Made by a program: the position numbers and the translations under genes | NCBI GenBank assembly: GCA_037139975.1 | Contig: JBAXFJ010000001.1 | Span: 171,017 to 235,016, forward strand | DNA length: 64,000 nucleotides | Origin: a bacterium | Lineage (GTDB): Bacteria > Patescibacteriota > Minisyncoccia > Phycocordibacterales > SBAW01 | Direction of reading: 5' to 3' | In this document: one piece after another, positions 39,281 to 48,594 of the stretch | How positions within the stretch are numbered: the stretch's first letter is position 1 | Layout of the letters: the number at the start of each line of letters is the position of its first letter | The notes under the pieces: model-generated | The model's input: only the letters and a program-made list of their open reading frames with translations | Database searches by the model: none | Told to the model about the DNA's origin: nothing

Positions 39281-40693
39281 ATGCAATCAACTATACATTT
39301 TTTTGGGGGGGCGGGGACGGTGACAGGTTCAAACTTTTTACTTGATACGGGAAATAAGAAAATTTTAATAGACTGTGGGCTTTTTCAAGGCGACCATGTC
39401 GCCGAGGTGGGGAACTGGGAGCCATTTCCCTTTGATCCAAAAGAGATTTCAGTACTCATCAATACCCACGCGCACATTGACCACATCGGGCGCATCCCCA
39501 AGTTGGTAAAAGAGGGCTTCAGGGGCAAAATAATTTCAACCGAGGCGACCAAGGCTTTAGCGCTCCCCATGCTGATGGACGCAATGGCGCTGTCGAGTCG
39601 TACTGCCGAGCATTTGGGCAAAGAACCGCTCTATGAACAAAAGGATATTGACCAGGCGATGCGTCAATGGGAGGGAATTTCTTATCACCAGACCCAAGAC
39701 ATGGGTGACGGAGTGTCGATGCAGTTTCTCGATTCGGGGCACATTTTGGGTTCAGCGATGGCCGAATTTACCCGCCAGGATGGTGGGCAGGCTCGGAAAG
39801 TTGTGTTCACGGGCGACCTGGGCGGCGGCAACTCGCCGCTCTTGCCTTTGGCCGAAGACCCACAAGGGGTCAACTATCTGTTGATGGAAAGTGTCTATGG
39901 CGACCGAGTGCAGAGCGATGATGCGCTTGCGCGAAAGAGTAAGCTCGAAGACGTCATTGAAGACACTGCGGCGCGTGGTGGCACGCTGTTGATACCTGCG
40001 TTCTCGACCGAGCGCACCCAAGACTTGTTGTTTGATATTCGTGAATTGATGGTGGGCAAACGTGTTCCCAGTATGCCCGTTTACTTGGACTCGCCCTTGG
40101 CCGAGAAGATAACCGCGGCGTACCTGGCCCACCCTCAATATTTCAGCAAAGAAATTCAAGCGCGAATAAAAAGTGGCGAACACATTTTCTCATTTACCGA
40201 ATTACATTTTGTTGAGTCGTCTGCTGAATCAGAAAAAATCAATGCCACACATGGGGCAAAAATCATCATCGCGGGTTCAGGTATGAGTAATGGTGGCCGT
40301 GTCCAGGCGCACGAGAAGGTAGTGCTGCCTGACGCAAACTCGACCCTGCTCATTGTGGGTTACCAGGCGGCAGGGAGCATGGGGCGCCGCCTGGCCGAGG
40401 GGGTGAAGTCTGTGTCGATACGTGGGGCGCATAGGCAGCCAAGCGAGACGGTGCACGTTGCCTGCCGCGTAGAGACACTCTATGGCTATTCGGCGCACAT
40501 GGACGGCGAGCAGCTGCTCGAGTTTGCCAATAAAGTGAGCGAGGGGGCGCACGACAGTGGTACGCTCAAAGAAGTATTTGTCGTGATGGGTGAGCCAGCT
40601 TCAGCAGGCTTCCTCGCGCAGCGCATTCGTGACTACCTCAGCATCAAAGCAACCACCCCGCACGCAGGTGAAAAAGCAGAAATAGAATTTTAA
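39281..40693 (+). CDS. MBL-fold beta-CASP ribonuclease
   Basis: THAHIDH, GHILGS, MESVYG, YSAHMD. Confidence 0.94.
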   Translation: MQSTIHFFGGAGTVTGSNFLLDTGNKKILIDCGLFQGDHVAEVGNWEPFPFDPKEISVLINTHAHIDHIGRIPKLVKEGFRGKIISTEATKALALPMLMDAMALSSRTAEHLGKEPLYEQKDIDQAMRQWEGISYHQTQDMGDGVSMQFLDSGHILGSAMAEFTRQDGGQARKVVFTGDLGGGNSPLLPLAEDPQGVNYLLMESVYGDRVQSDDALARKSKLEDVIEDTAARGGTLLIPAFSTERTQDLLFDIRELMVGKRVPSMPVYLDSPLAEKITAAYLAHPQYFSKEIQARIKSGEHIFSFTELHFVESSAESEKINATHGAKIIIAGSGMSNGGRVQAHEKVVLPDANSTLLIVGYQAAGSMGRRLAEGVKSVSIRGAHRQPSETVHVACRVETLYGYSAHMDGEQLLEFANKVSEGAHDSGTLKEVFVVMGEPASAGFLAQRIRDYLSIKATTPHAGEKAEIEF

Positions 40694-40729
40694 TGAAGCA
40701 TTTAATGTTAGAATAGGGGAAATAAACAT

Positions 40730-41329
40730 ATGGATCCAAAAAATGTACATGCACATATCAAGCTCGGTATCTCAGGTGCGGCCGAGACCGGCCATTGCGG
40801 CATCGATGCATACGACAAAGGTTTGGAATTGGGACGGCAGATTGCAAAGCATGACGCGGTGCTCATAACGGGTGCCACAACGGGCTTCCCTTTGTGGGGG
40901 GCGATGGGTGCAAAAGAAGCGGGAGGAACGGTTATTGGCTTTTCGCCCGCAGGTTCCGAGAAAGAGCATGTTGAGAAATATAACCTACCGATCGAATATA
41001 CCGACGTTATTGTCTACACCGGCTTTGGCTACCCGGGGCGTGACCTCATATTTACTCGGTCGGTTGACGCAATGCTGTTTGGGTGCGGGCGCATCGGCAC
41101 CATCCACGAGTTCACCGTTGCATTTGAAGACAAAAAGCCGATTGGGATTTATGAAGCAGGGTGGGAGACTGACGAGGTGATAAAAAACATCTTGGACAAT
41201 GGCCATCGCCCCAACAACATGATTGTGTTCGACACAGACCCAAAGGCGCTCATCGAACGGGTCATCGAACTGGTCAACAAAGACAAAATCAACCGCGCCT
41301 CGTTCCACTTTGAAGCTTTAAAAGAATAG
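40730..41329 (+). CDS. LOG/SLOG-family nucleotide-binding protein
   Basis: LITGATTG, AKEAGG, GRIGTIHEF. Confidence 0.85.
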   Translation: MDPKNVHAHIKLGISGAAETGHCGIDAYDKGLELGRQIAKHDAVLITGATTGFPLWGAMGAKEAGGTVIGFSPAGSEKEHVEKYNLPIEYTDVIVYTGFGYPGRDLIFTRSVDAMLFGCGRIGTIHEFTVAFEDKKPIGIYEAGWETDEVIKNILDNGHRPNNMIVFDTDPKALIERVIELVNKDKINRASFHFEALKE

Positions 41330-41359
41330 CTTTTTTATTTACCTTAGGTGGTGGAAAGA

Positions 41360-41728
41360 TTACGAAACTTTTTTGACGATGCGGTCGAAGGTGGCAGGGG
41401 AGATCTCGGCCAAGGTAGCGAGAATCTTGCGGTCGATGGTGACGTTTGCCTTTTTGAGCGCGTCGATAAGGCGTGAATAGGAAAGCGGCTTGCCGAGTTT
41501 GGTTTCTGCGCCCGAGGTGTCGAGGCCGGCGTTGATGCGCACGTTCCACAAGCGACGGTAGTCGTTCTTTTTGTCTTTGCGGTGTGCAAACGCATACTTA
41601 CCCGCATGAAAGATAGCCTCTTTGGCTTGCTTGGTTTTGGTTGAGCGCCCAAAGCGATAGCCTTTGGTCATTGCAAGAATATTCTTGCGGCGCTTCATTG
41701 CGGTGACTCCTCCTTTTACTCGTGCCAT
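41360..41728 (-). CDS. rplT: 50S ribosomal protein L20
   Basis: MARVKGG, RRLWNVRINA, IDRKILA. Confidence 0.98.
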   Translation of the reverse strand: MARVKGGVTAMKRRKNILAMTKGYRFGRSTKTKQAKEAIFHAGKYAFAHRKDKKNDYRRLWNVRINAGLDTSGAETKLGKPLSYSRLIDALKKANVTIDRKILATLAEISPATFDRIVKKVS

Positions 41729-41769
41729 AATGGTTTCTTTACTCTTTTAAACGGTTTGGTAATTAAAAA

Positions 41770-41964
41770 CTAGTTTTTGGTCGCGGTGCCAATGTAGCGT
41801 TGTGCCACTTTCTTCGAAAAGGTCAGGATCTGTGTGCGATTGCCTGTCATCTGGGTCGAACGACCCTCCTTTGCATTAAAGTGGTTTTGGCCCGGTTTGC
41901 GTGCAACAAGCTTGCCCTTGCGGGTAATTTTGATGCGCTTGGTGAATGATTTGTTTGTTTTCAT
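41770..41964 (-). CDS. rpmI: 50S ribosomal protein L35
   Basis: MKTNKSFTKRIKIT; position between infC and rplT. Confidence 0.93.
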   Translation of the reverse strand: MKTNKSFTKRIKITRKGKLVARKPGQNHFNAKEGRSTQMTGNRTQILTFSKKVAQRYIGTATKN

Positions 41965-42046
41965 AATCTAGTGAAGTGAGAGAAATAAGAACTTGTTATT
42001 ATTTCCGAACGAACGACGATTATATAAATGCGAAGCATTTCTATAT
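41965..42046 (-). repeat. Intergenic element directly upstream of rpmI (copy 2)
   Basis: Reverse-complement match to 27271-27356; both copies end in cactagatt immediately before ATG. Confidence 0.9.
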
Positions 42047-42561
42047 TATTTTTTCACTGCCCTTTCTAAAACCACACTCAGGCCTTTGGGGCTTTTGGCT
42101 ATGGTGTCGGCGAGCTTGTACTCGGCGGGGATAATCTTAAGGAATCGCTCCAACCGCTCTTTCAGAAAAGGAAATTCCATGTACTTGTAGCGCCCCCACA
42201 GAAAGAGATCTACTTTGACTCGGTGCCCTTCACCAAGCCACTTGGCGGCCCGTTTGGCCTTTAAAAGCATGTCATTTTCACCAGTACCAATCTTAACCTG
42301 GACGCTTTTCGTCTCGGTGGTGTGTGATTTAGCCTTTATTTCTCGGCGTTTCTTCTCCTGTTCATATTGAAATTTACCATATTCCATTATTTTTGCAACA
42401 GGAGGGACCGCTCCTGCAGTAATCTCGATAAGGTCGAGTCCAAACTCATCTGCCTTGGCCAAAGCATCTCCAATGGCCATAATCCCAAAGTTTTCAGCTT
42501 CGGGTCCTATAACGCGCACTTCAGGCGCGGTGATTTGTCGATTGATACGGGTTATATCCAA
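42046..42561 (-). CDS. infC: Translation initiation factor IF-3 (non-AUG start)
   Basis: INRQI..EVRVI, PPVAKIMEYGKFQYE; TTG start downstream of a TTGCAT-17-TATACT promoter (42606-42578). Confidence 0.95.
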   Translation of the reverse strand: MDITRINRQITAPEVRVIGPEAENFGIMAIGDALAKADEFGLDLIEITAGAVPPVAKIMEYGKFQYEQEKKRREIKAKSHTTETKSVQVKIGTGENDMLLKAKRAAKWLGEGHRVKVDLFLWGRYKYMEFPFLKERLERFLKIIPAEYKLADTIAKSPKGLSVVLERAVKK

Positions 42562-42830
42562 AGCAGTCTTACTTACGAGTATACAAGGTACTATATGTCT
42601 ATGCAATCAAGGCGGTCAGGGCGACTCTCGACACTGTCCGTGCTTCTAGTTGTTGTGGTTGGGCTTGTGCTGTGTGTGTATGACCCTTTTACGCCTTCTC
42701 GTCCCGGGCGGACCACTGCGGGCGCCTGTGCATAGTTTGCACGCAAAATTGTCGTGTATACTGTGAAGACAGGGTGTGCGGGAGGCGACATGAGCGCATC
42801 ATTACTAAATCGTATAAGAATATATTTCAT

Positions 42831-44018
42831 ATGGCATTTTTTGCAGGAGTAGGAAGCAGTAAGCAAATTAACGATTCATACGCCGCGGGTCATGACGCCG
42901 CGTCATTTGCGCGTACAAATTCGGGACACGACGAGGTCAGTTTGGCGGTTGTAGTGGCATCATCTGCCTATGACCAAGAAGCAATGTTGAAAGGGGTGCG
43001 CGAAGCGTTGGGTGGGGCATCAGTTGTTGGATGCACCAACGCGGGCGCCATCACTGGTAATGGTGTTGAAGAACAGGCGGTGACCGTGCTCGTGCTCTAT
43101 TCAGACTCAGGCTCTTTTGTTCCTGCAAAGGTTGTCGGTATCGGCAAAGACATGCGCGCCGCAGGAAAGAAATTTGGTGAAGAAATTCAAAAAAGTGACG
43201 AAAAAGCGCGCATGGCATTTGTGTTTTCAGACGCGCTCGCAGGTAATGGTACCGAATTGGTGCGAGGAATCCTTGACGTTTTCGGAAGCGATTTCAAGAT
43301 TGCGGGCGGAGCTGCAGGGGACGACATGAACTTCAAAAAGACGTACCAGTATTTTAATGACGAGGTGCTGACCGACGCAGTGGTTGGTTTTGGTCTTTCA
43401 GGCGATATTGAGGTTGTGGTGGGTGCTTCTCACGGGTGGCAACCAATTGGTGGGTCGCGTGTAGTGACCAAAGCAGAAGGAACCAAGCTCATCGAGCTCG
43501 ACGGCAAGCCCGCGTTCCAGATCTACCAAGACTACTTTGGTGAAAAAGCGAGCGATTTCAAAAAAGCACTTTCACTTGAAGCAGTGACGTACCCCATGGG
43601 CATGAAGGTGAAAGGTGTTGACGAGTTGATGGTACGGGTGCCGCTTGCGGTTGCGGACGATGGTTCGATTGTTTGTGGTGCTGAAGTGGTTGAAGGGAGT
43701 GAGGTATACATCATGATTGGTACCATCGCGAGTGCGATGGAAGCCGCAAAAGAAACCACACAAGGGTTGGTTGACCGTATGTCCGACACCGATCCACGCG
43801 TGGTGTTTGTCTCGGACTGTGTCGCACGCAAAATCTTGTTTGGTGAACACGGTCAAGAAGAAATCACGCTGTTGAAGTCAATCGGTGGACCCAAGTCGGT
43901 CATCTTTGGCTTCTATTCCTATGGGCAAATTGCTTCACTGAGAGCTCCTGCCCCCAACATCAACACCTGTGACCCTGGCTTCTACGAACAGTCGATCTCG
44001 GTGACAGTGTTCGGGTAG
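42831..44018 (+). CDS. FIST-domain sensor protein
   Basis: GCTNAG, AGGAAGD, HGWQPIG, ELDGKPA, CVARK, GFYSYGQI. Confidence 0.92.
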   Translation: MAFFAGVGSSKQINDSYAAGHDAASFARTNSGHDEVSLAVVVASSAYDQEAMLKGVREALGGASVVGCTNAGAITGNGVEEQAVTVLVLYSDSGSFVPAKVVGIGKDMRAAGKKFGEEIQKSDEKARMAFVFSDALAGNGTELVRGILDVFGSDFKIAGGAAGDDMNFKKTYQYFNDEVLTDAVVGFGLSGDIEVVVGASHGWQPIGGSRVVTKAEGTKLIELDGKPAFQIYQDYFGEKASDFKKALSLEAVTYPMGMKVKGVDELMVRVPLAVADDGSIVCGAEVVEGSEVYIMIGTIASAMEAAKETTQGLVDRMSDTDPRVVFVSDCVARKILFGEHGQEEITLLKSIGGPKSVIFGFYSYGQIASLRAPAPNINTCDPGFYEQSISVTVFG

Positions 44019-44039
44019 TTCACAACACTGCTTTGTTCT

Positions 44040-44945
44040 ATGTTGCATAACCTATTGCTCTACACACTCCCCGCAGTTCTTGTGTTGCTTGTGGCCAGCA
44101 CTTTTTTCCTGTCTTCTTTGTTGCGTAAAAATAAAGCTCTTGCTCTTGAAGTAGTAAAAAAGAAGAACGAGTTGGACCGCACTTCAAAGGTGTTGATTCA
44201 GAAAAACGTTGAGCTGATAGAACAGACCTTGCGACAACAAAAGCTTCTCGAATCAAAAGACGACTTTGTCGCTATTGTCTCGCACCAACTTCGCACCCCC
44301 ATCACCGAGATAAAATGGAATGCATCTGCGATTCTGGAAGACCCTGCGTGGGGGCTGACGCCCGAACATCGACGCATGGTCGAGCAGCAACTGGCAAGCG
44401 CTGTGCGCATGGTGAGCATTGTAAGCACGATCTTACAGTTGGTTGCCAGCGAACAGCACGCAGCACGCTCGTCGGTCTCGCCCTATGCGCCGGACGAGGT
44501 GGTGCGCGATGCGTCAGAGCGGGTTGCGCGGGATTTTCATGAAAAACACATTGCGTGCGTACTTGATTTGAACTATGGCGCGTCAATTTACTCCATTGAC
44601 CCAGAGTCATTTGCCATGCTGGTAGGCAACCTGCTTGAAAATGCATTCCACTACACGCCGCGTGGTGGCACCATTACGGTGCGCACCAAGCACGGTGAGA
44701 TGGGCGAGTTTGTGGTGCTTATTGAAGATACCGGTATGGGTATTTCTGAAGAGAAACAAAAAACCATGTTCCAGAAATTTATTCGAGAAAAAGACGCGAT
44801 CAAGGTCAACGAAGGAGGGTCGGGGCTTGGGTTGTATATCGTCAAGAATGTGCTCGAGCAGCGCGGAGGGAGCATTACCTTTACGAGCACAAAGGGTGTA
44901 GGAAGTGTTTTTCGCCTCACGCTTCCACAGCAAAAGGCAAAATAA
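44040..44945 (+). CDS. Sensor histidine kinase (one TM helix, no sensor domain)
   Basis: SHQLRTP, NLLENA, DTGMG, GSGLGL. Confidence 0.95.
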   Translation: MLHNLLLYTLPAVLVLLVASTFFLSSLLRKNKALALEVVKKKNELDRTSKVLIQKNVELIEQTLRQQKLLESKDDFVAIVSHQLRTPITEIKWNASAILEDPAWGLTPEHRRMVEQQLASAVRMVSIVSTILQLVASEQHAARSSVSPYAPDEVVRDASERVARDFHEKHIACVLDLNYGASIYSIDPESFAMLVGNLLENAFHYTPRGGTITVRTKHGEMGEFVVLIEDTGMGISEEKQKTMFQKFIREKDAIKVNEGGSGLGLYIVKNVLEQRGGSITFTSTKGVGSVFRLTLPQQKAK

Positions 44946-44981
44946 AAATATGCACCTTGCGCGGTGCGCGATGACGCAAGG

Positions 44982-45371
44982 CTATTTTTGCGCGATCACT
45001 TCGAGCGCAACATCAACAATCTCGGAGGGTGTAACTGACGCTTTGTTGAGGAATCGTTTAACGCCAAGTTTCTTGCCCCACTCGAGGTCTTTTTCTTGGC
45101 TAAAGTTTGAGGCGATCACCACGGGGATCTGTGCTGCGCGCGGGTCTGTTTGAATGCGCTTGAGCACCTCGAACCCGTCGATGTCGGGGAGCGAGATGTC
45201 GAGCAAAATGAGGTCGATCTGTTGGTTGCTCAGGATGCCAGCGACTGCGTCCAGGCCGTTTGCATAGTGCACACAGGCAAGGTTGGCAATGGCGAGACGT
45301 TTGGCGAGGAAGTCAGCCAACACACTGTCGTCTTCAACAACAACGACATGGTATGTGGGGGCGGGTGACAT
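44982..45371 (-). CDS. Single-domain response regulator
   Basis: VEDD, LLDISLP.IDG, SN, K motifs. Confidence 0.93.
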   Translation of the reverse strand: MSPAPTYHVVVVEDDSVLADFLAKRLAIANLACVHYANGLDAVAGILSNQQIDLILLDISLPDIDGFEVLKRIQTDPRAAQIPVVIASNFSQEKDLEWGKKLGVKRFLNKASVTPSEIVDVALEVIAQK

Positions 45372-45429
45372 GGTGCTTCTAGTATCTCAGATATTTGCTC
45401 GGTGCGCCACCAGTATTTTGAACAAAATG

Positions 45430-45882
45430 CTAGGCGAGGTGTTTTTGAAAGAGGGTATAGTGACGCCATGCGCGCCCTATAATCAGTGCTGTAAATACAA
45501 ACACGTAAATGATGCCCGAGTCGATATCGGTTGCGCCCGAGGTGTAGGGACCGCCAAACCCTTGTGGTACCGACCACACCAGGAGCGAGAAGGCGAGTCC
45601 GCACCAGAGCGCTGCGCGCGAGAAGATGCCAAAGATAAGCGAGAGGGCGAGCGCGGTCTCGAGGCAGGCAATAAGTGTTCCAAATAAAAGCGGATTGATG
45701 TTAGCAATGTGTACCCAGACGTTGATCCATGCGACCTCAAACGCTGGCTGCCCGTCTTGCGCCTGGGTGAGCACCGAGACAATATTTTCACGCACTGCAG
45801 GCGCCCACTTAAGCGCCGCGTCTACGGCCCACGCAAAGCCAAACACAATGCGAAGGAGTGCAAATCTTTTTTCTTGAGTCAT
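45430..45882 (-). CDS. DoxX/DoxD-like membrane protein
   Basis: LRIVFGFAWAVDAALKW, GFGGPY..GATDID; ATG 45882 follows TATACT and GGAGG. Confidence 0.75.
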   Translation of the reverse strand: MTQEKRFALLRIVFGFAWAVDAALKWAPAVRENIVSVLTQAQDGQPAFEVAWINVWVHIANINPLLFGTLIACLETALALSLIFGIFSRAALWCGLAFSLLVWSVPQGFGGPYTSGATDIDSGIIYVFVFTALIIGRAWRHYTLFQKHLA

Positions 45883-45943
45883 GCCTCCTAGTATAAAACA
45901 GAAATCTCTGGCGAGGGTGCGGGCTCTGGGGTAGAGTAGGCAC

Positions 45944-46369
45944 ATGCGCAAAAAAGCATTCCTAAAATCGCTCAATGATGTGTATTGCCGCATCGCGGCC
46001 ACGGGGCACGGTGTCGGGCTCGTCGCCATTCGCCCCATACCCAAAGGCACCGATCCATTAAAAAATGCTGACCCGTTTGGCAATGTGCTCAAAATCCCCA
46101 AGGCCGAACTCGACACATACCCAGCGCCTGAGGAGGCAAAAACTTTGGTGCGTGACTTTTGTGCGCTCCAAGACGGCGTTTACTATGTGCCCAGCTACGG
46201 CATGGACGCGCTCACCAAAAATTACTTTCTCAATCATTCAAAAAAACCCAACATGGTGACCAGTGACAGGGGCGAGACCTTTTTCGCTGTGCGCGATATC
46301 AAAGTGGGCGAAGAACTCACCGCCGACTACGACACCTATCACGAGACTGAGCATTTTAAAAAGCGCTAG
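45944..46369 (+). CDS. SET-domain protein (putative lysine methyltransferase)
   Basis: GVGLVAIRPIPKG, FLNHSKKPN, RDIKVGEELTADY. Confidence 0.93.
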   Translation: MRKKAFLKSLNDVYCRIAATGHGVGLVAIRPIPKGTDPLKNADPFGNVLKIPKAELDTYPAPEEAKTLVRDFCALQDGVYYVPSYGMDALTKNYFLNHSKKPNMVTSDRGETFFAVRDIKVGEELTADYDTYHETEHFKKR

Positions 46370-46442
46370 TTGAATATAAAAAAGAAGGGGGAAAAAGAAA
46401 AGGGCTGGCGGCAATACATGAAGTATCGCGACCAGTCCTATT

Positions 46443-47378
46443 TTACGCGTGCACAGTGATAGGAATAACGCGTCGCCTGTGGCGTAACACGCCAAGGCTA
46501 GCAAGCCCAACCGCGAGCAGAGTGAGCGAGGTCGGTTCTGGTGCACTTGCTCGTGTTTGTTCTGGCCAGAAGGTGATTCCACCTACGCCATTCAACCCAT
46601 CGGCGCTGTTCGCAAAGAGTGAACCGACGCCGGATTGATTAAATACTTCGATGGTGCTGCTCCCTTGATTCGCTGCGTACAGATTGCTGGCCGTATCGAA
46701 AGCAAGCCCAAACGGTCCGTCTACGCTGGTGCTTGCAAACACCGATTCAACTCCGGCGGGGGTAACTTTCAAGATAAGGTTGCGGCTGTGGTCTGCGACA
46801 TAGAGGTTGCCAGCTGCATCGAAGGCAAGACCTATTGGTTGTGAGTTTGGTATTGTGACAAACACCGATGCAGCACCGCCAGGCGTATACCTTTCAATTT
46901 TGTTTCCACCAACACTTGCGGCATAAAGGTTGCCACTAGCATCGAACGCAAGGTATGTGGGTGAACTCACCCCCACATTCGCGAAGACCGAACCAACCCC
47001 GCCCGGTGTGAACTTCTCAATGGTGTTGCCAATGTAGTTCGCCACGAACAGGTTGCCAGCAGTATCGAAAGCTAAACCATACGGCCCAGACAACCCAGTA
47101 TTTGCGAAGACCGAACCAACCCCGCTCGGGGTGAACTTGTCGATGGTGTTGTTGCCGAAGTTTGTTACATACAGGTTCCCAGCGCTGTCGAAAGCGACGT
47201 CGTGGGGGTTGTTCAACCCTGAATTGATGAAGGTTGAGCATACCCCTGCGGGCACACTGCATCTTTCAATTGTGTTGTTGCCCGAGTTGGCTACAAAAAC
47301 GTTGACCAGAGTCGCTCGCGCGTCTGCCAGTCCAAGTAGATAGACAATCGCCAGAATGGCGATGATGATCTTCTGCAT
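46443..47378 (-). CDS. Secreted NHL-repeat beta-propeller with a PEP-CTERM-like tail
   Basis: Signal peptide; six P.GLAFD..GNLYV-type repeats; APEPTSLTLLAVGLASLGVLRHRRR. Confidence 0.9.
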   Translation of the reverse strand: MQKIIIAILAIVYLLGLADARATLVNVFVANSGNNTIERCSVPAGVCSTFINSGLNNPHDVAFDSAGNLYVTNFGNNTIDKFTPSGVGSVFANTGLSGPYGLAFDTAGNLFVANYIGNTIEKFTPGGVGSVFANVGVSSPTYLAFDASGNLYAASVGGNKIERYTPGGAASVFVTIPNSQPIGLAFDAAGNLYVADHSRNLILKVTPAGVESVFASTSVDGPFGLAFDTASNLYAANQGSSTIEVFNQSGVGSLFANSADGLNGVGGITFWPEQTRASAPEPTSLTLLAVGLASLGVLRHRRRVIPITVHA

Positions 47379-47448
47379 TTTCCACCTCTTACTCTTAATG
47401 ATGTAACCGCCCAACGCCGGATGACGCTGGGCTGACTGTTCAAACCTC

Positions 47449-47477
47449 ATTATATATCAAAACAGCACTTCTGTCAA
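47449..47477 (-). promoter_or_regulatory. Consensus sigma70 promoter for the NHL/PEP-CTERM gene
   Basis: TTGACA-17-TATAAT. Confidence 0.8.
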
Positions 47478-47566
47478 ACTAGGAAAAAATAAAAACAGCT
47501 CTCCAATAAAGGGGATAAACAAGGGCGGCACAAATCATCGCGCCGCCTTCACCATTTGTGCTAACT

Positions 47567-47594
47567 AAAAAACTCCCATGAAGGGAGTTTTTTT
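47567..47594 (-). terminator. Terminator after tmRNA
   Basis: aaaaaactccc atgaa gggagtttttt. Confidence 0.75.
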
Positions 47595-47604
47595 AAGAAA
47601 GTAG

Positions 47605-47993
47605 TGGAGATGGGCGGAGTTGAACCGCCGTGCAATGATGGCCTACAGAAGCTTCTACGTTGTCTATCTTGCTTAATTCCGCCCGGAGGCGATCTTTAGC
47701 ACATCGTGGGCGAAGCGAGCGAAATCACGATGCACTGCAACTCTTATGTTCGGCAACAAGCCAGAATATCTCTTGTTGCTATACGCTTGATGTATAACAC
47801 CTACACCTCGCCCTCAAGCGAGAAACTAGGGAAGTGGAGCTTAGGCGCGCGCGAACGCGAAGCCGAAGTCATTTGCCGCGAAATACGGCGATACGCTGTT
47901 TTTTGCAGGTATGGTTTCCCGATTTTTAAGAAGTTCGGGGCTTCTACAACGCGCATTCTGTAGGTACCATCATTGTCTAGGCCTGGCATCCCC
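47605..47993 (-). ncRNA. ssrA: tmRNA
   Basis: GGGGATG/CATCTCCA acceptor stem with G3.U; T-arm ggcggTTCAACTccgcc; long P2 helix; tag ORF; adjacent to smpB. Confidence 0.95.
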
Positions 47994-48050
47994 GAAGAAA
48001 ACACAATCCTTTATTTTGTATTTCGTTTTCTTCGTGAGTGCCAGATGATG

Positions 48051-48512
48051 TTACTGATTTTTCAAGGTTCGGTCGATTTCGCGCTTGGTGTCGCGCTCTT
48101 TCAAAAGTGCGCGCTTGTCATATTTCTTGAGGCCCTTTGCAGCACCCAAACGCATCTTTAATTTACTTCCTTTATTATACACTGAAATTGGCACTAATGT
48201 CAAACCTTTTTGGGTTTCATATCCGGCAAGCTCTTCAAGCTCTTTCTTTGTTAAAAGGAGGCGGCGCGTGTGTTCGGGGTCATAGTCTTTGGGCGTGTTG
48301 CTGGCTTGGTAGGGGGGGATGGACATGCCCACGATGTAGGCTTCAAAGCCGCCCGCGCGCCCCGAGGGGCGCGCGACTATGTGAGCGCCTTCGAGCTTGC
48401 CGTGGCGCGCGCGCAGGCTTTTGACTTCAAATCCGAGCAGCTCGATACCTGCCTCAAACTCTTTGAGGATTTCATACTGCATCCGCACCTTTTTATGCTC
48501 GATGAGGTTCAC
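48051..48512 (-). CDS. smpB: SsrA-binding protein
   Basis: EAGIELLGFEVKSLR, RRLLL, KKYDKR. Confidence 0.97.
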   Translation of the reverse strand: MNLIEHKKVRMQYEILKEFEAGIELLGFEVKSLRARHGKLEGAHIVARPSGRAGGFEAYIVGMSIPPYQASNTPKDYDPEHTRRLLLTKKELEELAGYETQKGLTLVPISVYNKGSKLKMRLGAAKGLKKYDKRALLKERDTKREIDRTLKNQ

Positions 48513-48594
48513 TCCCCAAGAATAGCGCACGCAGCTTGTCTTTCATAGCAGTTTATTTTTGCCCCAAACACATGCAAGTGGTATGATGTGGCAA

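Noticed and set aside
42595-42735. 46-aa hydrophobic ORF upstream of FIST
   Set aside because: Start overlaps the infC promoter, with no RBS or recognisable motif; cannot be supported
47706-48004. ORFs overlapping tmRNA, and those at 39052-39275 over the 6S-like RNA
   Set aside because: Explained by the RNA genes
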